Virus record (IMG/VR): IMGVR_UViG_3300027971_000029
Coordinates: 1 to 64,000 of that record
Length of the DNA stretch: 64,000 bases
Origin: a virus
Taxonomy: Duplodnaviria; Caudoviricetes
Strand: one strand, 5' to 3'
Both the position numbers and the translations under genes were made by a program. Under the pieces are notes generated by a model. The model made no database searches and had not been told where the DNA came from. It was given only the letters and a program-made list of their open reading frames with translations. Positions 1-10,245 of the stretch are shown here, in pieces; position 1 is the stretch's first letter; each line of letters begins with the position of its first letter.

Positions 1-401
1 CATAGAGGCAAATATTCATATGCGTATTGAAGTCGACCTAAAATCTCACGAGCCAATGCGCCTTTGTTTGCAAGAATTGCAATCTTATAATCAATGTTGA
101 ATAGTACAGTCCAAAGCATGTATCCAACTGTCGTAGTTGTCTTACCAACCTGACGAGGCATCTTTGCAATACAGAAACGATTGTTGTGAAATGTATCAAC
201 CATCTCTTCTTGAAATGGCCACATGTCGAATGGAACAAGACCTTTGTCCACATTGACAATCTTCACATATGTTTTGATGAAGTAAATTGGGTCTTCAGAA
301 CACTTTACAATCTCTGCAACCTGTTCTTCAGTGTAGGATATCTCTACACCTAATCTTTTTAGACTCGCATTACCATTATACCCACCACCATTATCACTCA
401 T
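1..401 (-). CDS. gp17: Terminase large subunit, N-terminal part (runs off window)
   Basis: Not in the ORF track. Manual translation from ATG at 401 gives MSDNGGGYNGNASLKRLG...CSEDPIYFIKTYVKIV...PFDMWPFQEEMV...IAKMPRQVGKTT (Walker A). ATGA overlap with the gp16 stop. Confidence 0.95.
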   Translation of the reverse strand, partial: MSDNGGGYNGNASLKRLGVEISYTEEQVAEIVKCSEDPIYFIKTYVKIVNVDKGLVPFDMWPFQEEMVDTFHNNRFCIAKMPRQVGKTTTTVGYMLWTVLFNIDYKIAILANKGALAREILGRLQYAYEYLPL

Positions 402-811
402 TGATTTTTCTTCAAAAATTTTACCAGTTCTGTTGTTGAGCCAACAAAAACTGCTTTGTCAACATTCACATTTCCGCTTTGTTTTTTCTCTTCTGAACCT
501 TGTAAATCTCTCTTGCGCTTTTGCAATTCAAGTAAGTCTTTATTTAAATCAGATAAATTTTTGATGAATGTTGCGGCAACTTCATATGCTCTTGGTTGTT
601 CAGATTCGTTTGCTACCAACAAAAGATTATCAAAAGCAACACCACCTTTGTTGATTAATTTTTTGATATTCTGTCTGGCAAACTCAACATCTTCTTCAAT
701 GGTTGAATCTTTTATTTCGACAACGGCAGTCTCTTTGACCTCAATTACATTTGTTGGTGTTATTGGGTCTATGTCGAATATGTCTGATAAGTTTTTATCT
801 ATGCTTTTCAT
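398..811 (-). CDS. gp16: Terminase small subunit
   Basis: PRAYEVAA and AVFVGSTTEL motifs of T4-like gp16; lies between gp15 and gp17. Confidence 0.92.
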   Translation of the reverse strand: MKSIDKNLSDIFDIDPITPTNVIEVKETAVVEIKDSTIEEDVEFARQNIKKLINKGGVAFDNLLLVANESEQPRAYEVAATFIKNLSDLNKDLLELQKRKRDLQGSEEKKQSGNVNVDKAVFVGSTTELVKFLKKNQ

Positions 812-1857
812 AATGTATCAGGGTATTCTTTTGACTGAATGGTATATCCAAAATCGTCATTAGTATCCGCAGTGACTGGAGATTGAGTAATCTTTGTGTT
901 TGCTATCAATAATGGTGTAGTCTCTACAGTAGAAACGACATATCTTGCATGTGAATCTGCACCAATAACAATATCGTTTGCAGACAATACACCAGTCATC
1001 GAAGTTGCAATGAGAGTGTTTGAATTTGGTCTCCAGTACAATACTGTGCCAAGAACATCTCTCTTGTTTTCAACATTGATAGTCTCACCTTCAAGATATG
1101 TTCCGTTTCCTGTGTTTGCAGTATTCTGCATAACTACAGTCTGAATTGCTTTGTTATTGGTATCGTAGAACAAGTTTGTTGTAGAACCACCAGTGATAAT
1201 GTTTGCACCATTGGCAACAATACCACTATCGATACCAATAATGATAGCACTGTTAGCAACAGGACCAAACAGATATCCTTTGACAGTGAATGTCAAATCC
1301 CATGTAATGATTCTTTGTGAATCTAAACCACCCTCATATTCTATGTTCTGTGAAACACTATTGAGAACAATAGGAATGTCTTTGATGATATTCAGTGATG
1401 GAACTAAATTGGCAGTGACTGTATAGTCTGGAACAAAATATGGTAGAATTTGCTCAACGATTTGTGTACCATCTTCAATGTTACGAACAAATATGCTTAG
1501 AGTAAAATCAAAATTATATGGTGCACCAACATACTGAGACTTGACTGTTCTTTTGACTGTTGTGTCAGCGGCCGCAATCTTAATAGCCGATTGTTGCTTA
1601 CGGCTAGAATCATATGAAATGTTTGTCATTTCAAAATTAAGTCTAGGTAAACTAATAGCAACTGACTTTGTTAGAGTAGGGTCTTGCTGTAATCTTGTGA
1701 TGAATTTTTCTTTGGCACCATATGCAAGAGGCACTTTAATAACTTCTCTTGCAGTGCCATCATTAGCATATCTTTTGATAGACAAATTATTAAACATCGT
1801 ACCAAAAATTACGACATATTTTCGAAAGCTACGATTGTAAAAATGAGTACCAAACAT
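808..1857 (-). CDS. gp15: Tail sheath stabilizer / tail completion protein
   Basis: FGTMFNN, KVPLAYG.KEKF, QIVEQILPYF.P, WDLTFTVKGYLFGP motifs; synteny. Confidence 0.93.
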   Translation of the reverse strand: MFGTHFYNRSFRKYVVIFGTMFNNLSIKRYANDGTAREVIKVPLAYGAKEKFITRLQQDPTLTKSVAISLPRLNFEMTNISYDSSRKQQSAIKIAAADTTVKRTVKSQYVGAPYNFDFTLSIFVRNIEDGTQIVEQILPYFVPDYTVTANLVPSLNIIKDIPIVLNSVSQNIEYEGGLDSQRIITWDLTFTVKGYLFGPVANSAIIIGIDSGIVANGANIITGGSTTNLFYDTNNKAIQTVVMQNTANTGNGTYLEGETINVENKRDVLGTVLYWRPNSNTLIATSMTGVLSANDIVIGADSHARYVVSTVETTPLLIANTKITQSPVTADTNDDFGYTIQSKEYPDTL

Positions 1858-2768
1858 TACGGTTCACCAAATGGATTGTTTTCAGAGAAGTCGATGATAT
1901 TATCACCCTCTGTTTGAACAATTTTATTATCTGCAATATCTTCAAATGAGAAGTCGAGGTCTTGTGCTTTTGATTCACCACTTGTTGAAAGTATCCAAGA
2001 TGCATTACTTGTGGCACCTTTAATGGCTTGTAAACTTGTGAATGTTCCATTAATCTTAATAACTTCAAGTTTTCTTGTTGTCGAATTAAATGATGTACAT
2101 TCAGCAAAAGCGGTTGCTGTAGCAACATTGCTACCTTGATATACTGTCTCATTATTTGCCGCATCGAAGTTTCCGCTACCTCCAGCATTTACAGACAATG
2201 TTGTTACTGTATAATTGTGTCTAATTTGTTCATCAACTTCTTCAACACCAGTTTCAATAATTTCACTTGAGAATACGAACTGTCGAAGTTTCAATGAATA
2301 CAAATATACATTGTTGTCACGCCCACGACCCAATGGATAGAACATTGCAGGAGTGTTCTCATGCTCAACATGAGCAATTTCAAAGAAGTTTTGTACAAGA
2401 GGAATGTAAACTAAGTCACCTTCTTGCGCCCTAAACAATCCTGGAACACTTGCTTTAAATCTGCGGCGAGAAACAAGCATAGTCATCTCATCACGAATAT
2501 CAAGGCCAAACTTAGAAATGAAATCACCTTCACCTTCCATACCAGATACATTGTTGATGTACATCTCAATTGGGTATGCTGTGACATATTTCTTCAGTTG
2601 GTCTTCACCATACAACTTATCAATACTTGAATTGTCTGTAGTTCTTGGCAAATAGTAAACATCTATACCATAAATTTTCATAGCCTCAATCATCAAATCC
2701 TCAACGAGCAACTGCTCATTGGTTACTTGATTAACCGGAAAATTATTGAAATATAGATTCGTTGCCAT
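1857..2768 (-). CDS. gp14: Neck protein
   Basis: YGIDVYYLPR, SKFGLDIRDE, EGDLVYIP and C-terminal DFSENNPFGEP. Confidence 0.93.
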   Translation of the reverse strand: MATNLYFNNFPVNQVTNEQLLVEDLMIEAMKIYGIDVYYLPRTTDNSSIDKLYGEDQLKKYVTAYPIEMYINNVSGMEGEGDFISKFGLDIRDEMTMLVSRRRFKASVPGLFRAQEGDLVYIPLVQNFFEIAHVEHENTPAMFYPLGRGRDNNVYLYSLKLRQFVFSSEIIETGVEEVDEQIRHNYTVTTLSVNAGGSGNFDAANNETVYQGSNVATATAFAECTSFNSTTRKLEVIKINGTFTSLQAIKGATSNASWILSTSGESKAQDLDFSFEDIADNKIVQTEGDNIIDFSENNPFGEP

Positions 2769-2770
2769 TA

Positions 2771-3724
2771 TTAACCAACTAAAATATCTGGCGGCAATAC
2801 ATTCAGACTTTGAATATCTTCTTCAATCTTTTGAATTTCAACAACAGCCTCATCGTAAATTGCTTGTCCATTCAACATCACACCACCTGGCATTTGAATA
2901 CCTGCAAATTTTTTAAGGTTATTACCCCATTGTTTTTTAATTAATGCAATAGTGTATCTCTTTAAAAATCTATCATTCCAAACATCTGAGATGCCTGATT
3001 TTGAAATTGTTTGTCCAGTTGCTGTACTGGTGAATGCACTGTAAACATTCAATGAAGTTGATGAATTAATTTCAATGATTGTTTGAGTTTGACTGCCAAC
3101 TGTGATATCATCACCAATAAAAAAATCATTGTAGAAGTTTGTTCCAGTACCAGTTACCACAACTGAAGCATTTGCAACATTGGCTGTTCCAGATGCAGTA
3201 AATGTATCAGGGTCTAATTTACGATAACATTCAACAACTACCCAATCATTTTCTTTTATGCTATTATTCCAATCAATATCAAGAAACAATTTGTTGAGAT
3301 GGCGATTGAAACGATATTGTGGTTTACCAGAGAACAACAAATTCAATGTTGCGATATGTTGCATTGTGATTTCATATGGCACATATGACACTGAAGTAAA
3401 GTCATACAAATCATGCAATCTTAATTGATAGCGCAAATCGAACATGTTGATTGATGAGTTTGAATCATCAAACGGAAACACATTCACAACACCAATCACT
3501 GCATCAGGAACATAAATCCATTTTCTTGCAATATCATCTGTTGTAATTTTATGCTTCATGTAAATCTTCTCAACACCATCGAAGTGATAGTCTTGAAAGA
3601 ATTGTAATGCTTCATCTATTCTATCTTCTAATTGGTCATCATCGACATTGATATCGATGACAGGAAAACCCAACTCACGAAGACAGTAGGTTTTAAAAGT
3701 GGATCTTGTTGTTGGTTTAGCCAT
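2771..3724 (-). CDS. gp13: Neck protein
   Basis: YCLRELGFPVIDINVDDDQLEDRIDEAL, KKQWGNNLKKF, MPGGVMLNG. Confidence 0.95.
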   Translation of the reverse strand: MAKPTTRSTFKTYCLRELGFPVIDINVDDDQLEDRIDEALQFFQDYHFDGVEKIYMKHKITTDDIARKWIYVPDAVIGVVNVFPFDDSNSSINMFDLRYQLRLHDLYDFTSVSYVPYEITMQHIATLNLLFSGKPQYRFNRHLNKLFLDIDWNNSIKENDWVVVECYRKLDPDTFTASGTANVANASVVVTGTGTNFYNDFFIGDDITVGSQTQTIIEINSSTSLNVYSAFTSTATGQTISKSGISDVWNDRFLKRYTIALIKKQWGNNLKKFAGIQMPGGVMLNGQAIYDEAVVEIQKIEEDIQSLNVLPPDILVG

Positions 3725-3734
3725 AGTAGTATAT

Positions 3735-4193
3735 TTATCCTAGTGCAATTGCAAGTGCCAATATATCACCAACTGTGGCACCGCCGCCAGCGGCCGCAGT
3801 TGTTTGTCTTGTGTTATCAGGGAATATAATGCCGTCTGCTGTCACATTACCTTTAACACCGATACCACCAGCAACAATTATCGCACCAGTTGTGTTTGAT
3901 GTTGATACCGTTGTACTTGTAACATTAATCTTTGCTACATTAAGTGTCGCTATAGATTTATTGAATGTGAAGGCGGCATTGGCGCCAAAAGAACCAGCGT
4001 CATTGAACTGTACTTCTGTTGTAAGTCCAGCAGGCTGAGTTGTCCTAATCGAACCAAGAGTGTTCGATGAAGTCTTATAGTAAATTATACCATCGGCAAA
4101 ATTGAGAGCAATCTCACCGTTAGCAATAACACCTAAAGAAGGAGTGGCTGCCGCTGTACCCGAAGAACGGACTGCAATGACTGTATTTGCCAT
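3735..4193 (-). CDS. Short fibre-like virion protein with Mtd N-terminal-like domain
   Basis: MANTVIAVR...GEIALNFADGIIYYK N-terminus; GAIIVAGGIGV fibre motif; ends in LALAIALG. Confidence 0.65.
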   Translation of the reverse strand: MANTVIAVRSSGTAAATPSLGVIANGEIALNFADGIIYYKTSSNTLGSIRTTQPAGLTTEVQFNDAGSFGANAAFTFNKSIATLNVAKINVTSTTVSTSNTTGAIIVAGGIGVKGNVTADGIIFPDNTRQTTAAAGGGATVGDILALAIALG

Positions 4194-4195
4194 GC

Positions 4196-4735
4196 TTAGA
4201 AAGTTCCGCCAGCCGATTCAACTTTCAAAATAACATTATTTTCTTTTGCAGAAACTTTCTCTGTAGATTTTACTTCTTCAACTTCTTCTTTGGTAGACTC
4301 AATTATTTCTAAACCTAGTTTTTTTCTTTTTGAATTTGGTAGCATGTCTTCTAACTGTTTGATGTAATTGTTTTTATCAGCAATATCATTTTCAATATTG
4401 GCAACTTTATCATTCAATTTTGCAAGTTCTCTTGCCTGTTCATTCAATGCAGTCTGTAGACGATGTTTATCAGCATCACTATTGCTAGTGTTCTTAATGA
4501 TATTGTCTTTGTTTTCAACTTCAGAAGTTAGAGAAACAATCTTGTTTTGTAATTCATTTTTTTCTCTAACAACAGAATCATATGAATTACCTTTTTCTTG
4601 AAGAACAGGTATTTCTTTTACCTTCTCATCAAGAAATTTGATTTGAGTCTGAAACATAAAATTTTGTTTCAGAACCGCAGTAAAGTTTTCTAGTACTACC
4701 TCATTGTAGACATTTATAAAATTTGCATCGGACAT
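4196..4735 (-). CDS. Charged coiled-coil protein (possible fibre assembly chaperone)
   Basis: K/E/N/Q-rich heptads; ends in GGTF like neighbouring fibre proteins. Confidence 0.6.
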   Translation of the reverse strand: MSDANFINVYNEVVLENFTAVLKQNFMFQTQIKFLDEKVKEIPVLQEKGNSYDSVVREKNELQNKIVSLTSEVENKDNIIKNTSNSDADKHRLQTALNEQARELAKLNDKVANIENDIADKNNYIKQLEDMLPNSKRKKLGLEIIESTKEEVEEVKSTEKVSAKENNVILKVESAGGTF

Positions 4736-4766
4736 AATAAAACCCTTTCATAGTATTAATTATATA

Positions 4767-6566
4767 TTAGAAACTTCCGCCATTCAAATGTGCAAATGTT
4801 GGAACACCAGCAGAACTGATTTGTAGCACATGACCTTCAGTAGCTGAAACTACAGTAGTCAATGCGCTTGAACCTTGACCAAGAACAACACCATTCAATG
4901 TAAGTGCAGTATTACCTGTACCACCATTACCAACTGCAAGTGTACCAGAAATGTGAGTGGTAAGACCAATCTTACCATAGCTAGGCGCAACACCTATACC
5001 ACCAGAGATTAGGGCATTGCCTGTAGCAACATCAGCGAGTGATGCTAGAGTTGTTGCACCAGATGCATAGATGATATCACCAGTAGTATATGATGCAAGA
5101 CCTGTACCACCACGAGCAACAGCAAGTGTGCCAGAAGTAACTTGAGATGCGGCAATTGCAATCTCTGCGGCAGTTACTGCTGAAACTTCACCATACTGAT
5201 TAACAGTTAATGATGTGATTGTATTACCAGCGGCAACACCACCAGTTAATGTGTAACCAGTATTCGCCTGTGATGCAAGTTTAGTGCCATCAAAGATAAC
5301 TCTTTGACTTGATGTGAATGATGTTCCATTTGTACCACCTCTTGCAATAGGCAATGTGCCTGTTGTTACAGCAGATGCATCGATAGCAATAGCAGTATTA
5401 GTAACAGCAGAAACTCTACCATATGCATCTGTAGTGATGACTGGATGATAAGATGATGAACCATATGTACCAGCAGTTCCTGTATTTGCTAATGTTGCAA
5501 GTGCAGTGCCGTTGAATGCAACAATACCATTTGTAAATGATGTTTGGTTTGTACCACCATCAGCAATAGCGATTGCAGAAGCAAGACTAGAGACTGTACC
5601 ACCAGTGATGTTTGCTCTTAGTGTAGCAGTATTAGCGGCAGTTAAAGAACCAGTCGCAAGTGTATTTGATGTTGGGTCTGTTACTAATCCTTTGAATAAG
5701 AAGAAGTTACCTGCGGCTTGTCTGACAAGACCATGATATGTTACAGAAGAACCTGTGTTTGCTTGTCCATAGAAACCAATATCTAAAACATCACCAACTG
5801 TATTATTGGTAGCAAGTTTGATTAGAGAATCGGTTGTTGTTACTGTTGAAGTATTGACTGTTGTGGTAGTACCAGTAATAGTTAAGTTACCTGTAACAGA
5901 CAAGTCGCCAGAAATAGATTGTGCGCCAGATGTACGAACAACAGTATTGTCAACATCAATAATAACTGTAGTATTTGCAGCCGTTACAGCAGTAGTGATA
6001 CCATCACCACCTTTGAATGTGAGAGTATCTGTAGAAAGAGCAACAGGATCAGTTCCTGTATCACCAGCAATGTTTAGTGTAGTTGAAATTGAGACATTAG
6101 CCGCAGAAGTAATACGACCTTTTGCATCAACAGAGAATGTAGGAATCTGTGTAAGACCACCATATGTGCCAGCAGAAACACCAGTCGAACCTAGTGTTAA
6201 TGGAATGTTTGCATTTGCAGAACCGTCAATAGAAACAGTACCATTGGCATCACCAGAGACACCAATCGTTCTTGCAGTTGCCCAAGTAGATGCAGTATTT
6301 GCATTACCAAACAATGATGCATAGATTGCAGTCGCTGAAAAGATACCTGCTGTATCTCTTTTTACAATCGTATTTGCTGTATTAGCAGATGCCGCATTCT
6401 CAAGTAGTTGAGTATAGTAGCGACCACCAATTGCAATAACTTGATTGCCGGCTTGACCTATGAATAACTTACCAGATGTGTTTGAATAAGCAGGTTCAGC
6501 AACATTCAGTGTCGTAGGGGCTGCCGTTGTTTCTGAATATTTCAGTTGAATAACTGTATTTGCCAT
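4767..6566 (-). CDS. Fibre protein with Mtd N-terminal-like domain and GxYG...DAxGRI / GTLxxxxGGTG repeats
   Basis: T/A/G/S-rich; repeated GTLPIARGGT, GTLAVARGGTG, GTLAVGNGGTG; ends in GGSF. Confidence 0.75.
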   Translation of the reverse strand: MANTVIQLKYSETTAAPTTLNVAEPAYSNTSGKLFIGQAGNQVIAIGGRYYTQLLENAASANTANTIVKRDTAGIFSATAIYASLFGNANTASTWATARTIGVSGDANGTVSIDGSANANIPLTLGSTGVSAGTYGGLTQIPTFSVDAKGRITSAANVSISTTLNIAGDTGTDPVALSTDTLTFKGGDGITTAVTAANTTVIIDVDNTVVRTSGAQSISGDLSVTGNLTITGTTTTVNTSTVTTTDSLIKLATNNTVGDVLDIGFYGQANTGSSVTYHGLVRQAAGNFFLFKGLVTDPTSNTLATGSLTAANTATLRANITGGTVSSLASAIAIADGGTNQTSFTNGIVAFNGTALATLANTGTAGTYGSSSYHPVITTDAYGRVSAVTNTAIAIDASAVTTGTLPIARGGTNGTSFTSSQRVIFDGTKLASQANTGYTLTGGVAAGNTITSLTVNQYGEVSAVTAAEIAIAASQVTSGTLAVARGGTGLASYTTGDIIYASGATTLASLADVATGNALISGGIGVAPSYGKIGLTTHISGTLAVGNGGTGNTALTLNGVVLGQGSSALTTVVSATEGHVLQISSAGVPTFAHLNGGSF

Positions 6567-6611
6567 GGCTTCTTACCTTATTGTTATAATTGATGTTCTA
6601 TTTATGATTTC

Positions 6612-6857
6612 TCAAAATGACCCGCCGACAAGAGTGGTTGGTTGACTTGCTCTCACATCATTTGCTTCAAACTTTCCTGTCGCAGAATTATATACCAACG
6701 ATTGACCATTAGTAACATTAAGAACATCCACATTCGATAAACTACCTAATGAAATGTTTGATGAAGGAATTGCTGAAAGTGAAGCAACGGATTTTGTAGA
6801 AGGTCTAATCGAAACCGTTGATGCAGAATTCGTAATTACTGTTACATTCGTTGCCAT
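6612..6857 (-). CDS. Small virion protein
   Basis: LxxLSNVD...GQSLVYNSATGKF motif typical of phage fibre proteins; ends in GGSF. Confidence 0.65.
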   Translation of the reverse strand: MATNVTVITNSASTVSIRPSTKSVASLSAIPSSNISLGSLSNVDVLNVTNGQSLVYNSATGKFEANDVRASQPTTLVGGSF

Positions 6858-7189
6858 TATCGTGTCACTGATGGAAGAACTGTTGCGATACCCTCAACAA
6901 CTCTAGTTTTGATATTTGCTGGACTTGTCATAACCAAATCATAAACATATCTTCCGGGAGTCAAATTTGAAGTGTTTGCTGATGTCATAGTCATTGTTAT
7001 TTCACCATTAAATGCATCTGTGATTGATACTGTGAAATTTGATGATGTTGTTGAGTAATGTGATTTACGCATCTGTGCTGATGCGCTATATGATGTTAAG
7101 TTTTGACCGACACCGGCACCAGTATTCACATTAATTTTTGATGAAAAGTCGGCACCTTGTTCGACCGTAATTTCTGCATAACCAGCCAT
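6857..7189 (-). CDS. Conserved Ig-like virion structural protein of T4-like phages
   Basis: EQGADF...SAQMRKS...GRYVYDL...TRVVEG.ATV.PSVTR pattern. Confidence 0.75.
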   Translation of the reverse strand: MAGYAEITVEQGADFSSKINVNTGAGVGQNLTSYSASAQMRKSHYSTTSSNFTVSITDAFNGEITMTMTSANTSNLTPGRYVYDLVMTSPANIKTRVVEGIATVLPSVTR

Positions 7190-7244
7190 TGCATTCCCCC
7201 GAAAACTTGTTAATACTCTATTTAGTCATTCATGGCACTAATAG

Positions 7245-7270
7245 AAACAAAAAACCCCGCCTTGGCGGGG
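7245..7270 (-). terminator. Rho-independent terminator
   Basis: Minus strand: CCCCGC-CAAG-GCGGGG followed by TTTTTTGTTT. Confidence 0.85.
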
Positions 7271-7290
7271 ATTTGTTATAGTGAATTGTA

Positions 7291-7767
7291 TTATTCTGTC
7301 GGCCAGTTCTGTGCTGTTACAACAGTTACCAAAGCAGGAACATCTGCGGCACCAGCAATTGCAGTCACTAATCGTGTGCATTCTGCAAGCACAGCGGCAC
7401 GATATGTTACTGTTGCTTGTGGAATTGCAACATCTCTCTCTGCCTTGCGAATGACCATCCAGTCAGTTTGTGATAGAAGACTGTTTGCAGTTTGTTTGAC
7501 AGTTGCAGTCCATAGAGTTTTCAAACCGTGTTGAACATATGGCTCACCGGCTGCTGGTGTAACAGTTTCATCATTGAGTTGTTTTGGATTATCAACACCC
7601 CAATAGAATCTGTCATCAAAGGCCACAGTCGTATCTTGTACTTCAGTGATACCAATTGCTTGTTTTTCTGCTAATGTAGTTAATCGTAACCAATTGGCAG
7701 GATACTGAACACCATTATGTTTGAATGGTGCATCCAATGGTAGAGTTTTGTTATCTAGTAAAAACAT
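7291..7767 (-). CDS. Tail fibre assembly chaperone-like protein
   Basis: YPANWLR, LSQTDWMVIRKAE, YRAAV and C-terminal WP; directly downstream of the 822-aa fibre. Confidence 0.75.
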   Translation of the reverse strand: MFLLDNKTLPLDAPFKHNGVQYPANWLRLTTLAEKQAIGITEVQDTTVAFDDRFYWGVDNPKQLNDETVTPAAGEPYVQHGLKTLWTATVKQTANSLLSQTDWMVIRKAERDVAIPQATVTYRAAVLAECTRLVTAIAGAADVPALVTVVTAQNWPTE

Positions 7768-7776
7768 TTTTTTTCC

Positions 7777-10245
7777 TTATCGTGCATTCGAATATTTGAA
7801 TGGGTTCTCGGCAAAAGCGGCATAGATGTAAGTCCATCCACTAAAGTTAGCATACTCAGAATTGCGCTTAGGTTTGAACCCGTTAGAGAGAATGTCGATG
7901 CCATCTGAATCAGTACTTTCTACTGCGGTTTGATTGGCATACAATTCTTTTAATGATGCATTATTTGGGTTACGGCTAGTATCAATTATTGTCCAAACTG
8001 TTGACGCAGTAGAATTGCTAGAGGCTTTTATCAAAATAAATCGTGGACGGAATCCAGTGTACACAAATGGACCGTCTGTAGAGCCATTGCCTGTGTAGCT
8101 ACCGAATGCGCTGTACCCCGGTATTTCAGACCAACAATAAGCAACATTTGTAATTCCATTTTCATTCACAGCAACAACATTGGCAGGACTTCCAGCCGTT
8201 GCAAATCCAAAAGTTGTACTGCTACTTAAATCACTCAACACACCATCACCAACTGATGCGGCTGAAGTTGATGCCGATGTTGTATTCAAGAACAAGTTGG
8301 TATTAGTAGTTGTGCTTTTATGCTTAACATGCCAATAATCTGTACCAGTTCTTTCTTTACATATAATCATTGCAGGAACTGCATTCAATCCATGTCCAAC
8401 AGTTGCGGCAGTAACTCCGTTTCCTGTCCAAGTCACAATGCTAAATCCTGCTGTAGGATTTGCGCTGACTTGTGATGATATAGTGCCACTTGTATTAGTG
8501 ACTGCCGTACCGCCTGCTTTCCAAGCCCAACCAACATAAGTTCTATTTGTATAGTATACCTCACCAGCAGTTGAATCGGTATCTATAATATCAAATCCAG
8601 TTGAACTGAAAACATATTTTGCTGTGGTACTGCCAACAGCATCAGCACCTTCGACTGCGGTTGAATTTGACTTTAACCATTTTGATCCAGAATTATCACC
8701 ACGAACTGAGTCTACCCAATAATGATGTTCTGCATCACTTCTATTTTTACTCCAAACTAAATCTGGTTGAAATCCTAAAGCAATACTTTTTTGACCAGTT
8801 GTTGGGCTTGCAACATTGGCTGTCCATAGGGCAGCGGTCATATTAAGCGCACCATTTTTAATTGCTGGCGCAGGTAAGTTATAAGTGTTTAATGCACTAT
8901 AACCAGTTGGTGGGGTGTATGCGAATGGGCGCTGACCAAAGTTAACTGCGAATGTTACAGCGTATATTCCAGAGGCGCCTCCTGTATCAGAAAATGCTGG
9001 AGAAAAAGTGCCACTCAATCCAGTATATGCAGTACCTTGTGATGAGTTATTTTTATAAAATGTTAATGTTCCAGCATCCATGTCAAGAGCAACACCAATA
9101 ACATCACCATTTGTGAATGATGCTCCATAAGCACTATTCGTTCCGTTGTTATACTTATTACCCGCTATACCATTATAGATATATCCAGTTGACAAGTTTC
9201 CAAGAAAATCAGTGATTCTTGTGGCAGATGATAATATTCCAACGGACCCTCGGGCACTGCCTGCGGTTTGTGTGGCTTCCCAATACCATTTTCCCGATGA
9301 TACACCAATAGTTCCTTTAACGGCTCCTGCACTTCCTGAGCCGGTGGTTGCTATTTGCAAATTGCCTGCTGAAATTGTTGGGTCACTATAATAGTCTAAT
9401 GGATTCAATACTGCATAGTTACTAGCCAAAGGACCAACAGTCGGCGAGTCTGTCATAAAATCGTAAGTAACACCAGCAGTTTTGCTGATGGCATTTGGCG
9501 TCCAGTTGTTGCCGTTACCTGAAGAATCTTTACCTATTGTTGCGGCTGTGTTATCACTTGTGTCTGCAAACTTCAAATAGAAACCGTTTGTGCCATATGT
9601 ACCAGTATATTTTTTCGCAACCCATTGACCAGTAAGAGTATCGGTTTCACCAAATGATGATGGTGTTAGTTGCTGACCATCGACTGAATGAAACTCGGCA
9701 TAATAACCGTCAAATGGAGTTGTTGGAACTACACCTGCATCATTTTCAGTTCCAATGTATTGAGCCGCACTACTAGAGTTCCATTCAAGTGGTTCATTCT
9801 GAGCAATTTGACTGTTAGATGTCCATGTAGTTTGTTCCACACTGTTGACATAAACACGAAAACGATTAGCGGCCGTTGCTTGTGTAGTATCTACTGAAAA
9901 TACAATATGATACCAAGCTGATGGGTCACGATACGCAATCCCACCAACAAGATTCATCCTAACACCACCACCAGCAGATATTTGAAGTGTGTTGCCGGCT
10001 TGAAATCTTGCACCCCAACCAGTACCATTATTTGTTGCTGAGTTACTTCCACCAATAAGTGTTTTACCAGAACCTAATATTCCACGCTTAACCCAAAAAC
10101 TAACAGTCCAGATTGTGCGACTAGTTGTTGTGGCGTGTGTTCTATTCAAATAAGCACTTGCACTACTACGCAAGCGCACACTATTGTTTATGAAGTAACC
10201 ACCTTGACCAGAACCACCAATCAAAGCATTATTATGAATTCCCAT
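7777..10245 (-). CDS. Receptor-binding/fibre protein with LamG/ConA-like and SPRY-like domains
   Basis: RDPSAWYHIV, YGTNGFYLKF, SSGKWYWE, GDVIGVALDMD, GFQPDLVW, YIYAAFAENPFK. Confidence 0.8.
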   Translation of the reverse strand: MGIHNNALIGGSGQGGYFINNSVRLRSSASAYLNRTHATTTSRTIWTVSFWVKRGILGSGKTLIGGSNSATNNGTGWGARFQAGNTLQISAGGGVRMNLVGGIAYRDPSAWYHIVFSVDTTQATAANRFRVYVNSVEQTTWTSNSQIAQNEPLEWNSSSAAQYIGTENDAGVVPTTPFDGYYAEFHSVDGQQLTPSSFGETDTLTGQWVAKKYTGTYGTNGFYLKFADTSDNTAATIGKDSSGNGNNWTPNAISKTAGVTYDFMTDSPTVGPLASNYAVLNPLDYYSDPTISAGNLQIATTGSGSAGAVKGTIGVSSGKWYWEATQTAGSARGSVGILSSATRITDFLGNLSTGYIYNGIAGNKYNNGTNSAYGASFTNGDVIGVALDMDAGTLTFYKNNSSQGTAYTGLSGTFSPAFSDTGGASGIYAVTFAVNFGQRPFAYTPPTGYSALNTYNLPAPAIKNGALNMTAALWTANVASPTTGQKSIALGFQPDLVWSKNRSDAEHHYWVDSVRGDNSGSKWLKSNSTAVEGADAVGSTTAKYVFSSTGFDIIDTDSTAGEVYYTNRTYVGWAWKAGGTAVTNTSGTISSQVSANPTAGFSIVTWTGNGVTAATVGHGLNAVPAMIICKERTGTDYWHVKHKSTTTNTNLFLNTTSASTSAASVGDGVLSDLSSSTTFGFATAGSPANVVAVNENGITNVAYCWSEIPGYSAFGSYTGNGSTDGPFVYTGFRPRFILIKASSNSTASTVWTIIDTSRNPNNASLKELYANQTAVESTDSDGIDILSNGFKPKRNSEYANFSGWTYIYAAFAENPFKYSNAR

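Noticed and set aside
38-259. 73-aa ORF in the track
   Set aside because: Out-of-frame overlap with gp17, which is the real gene here.
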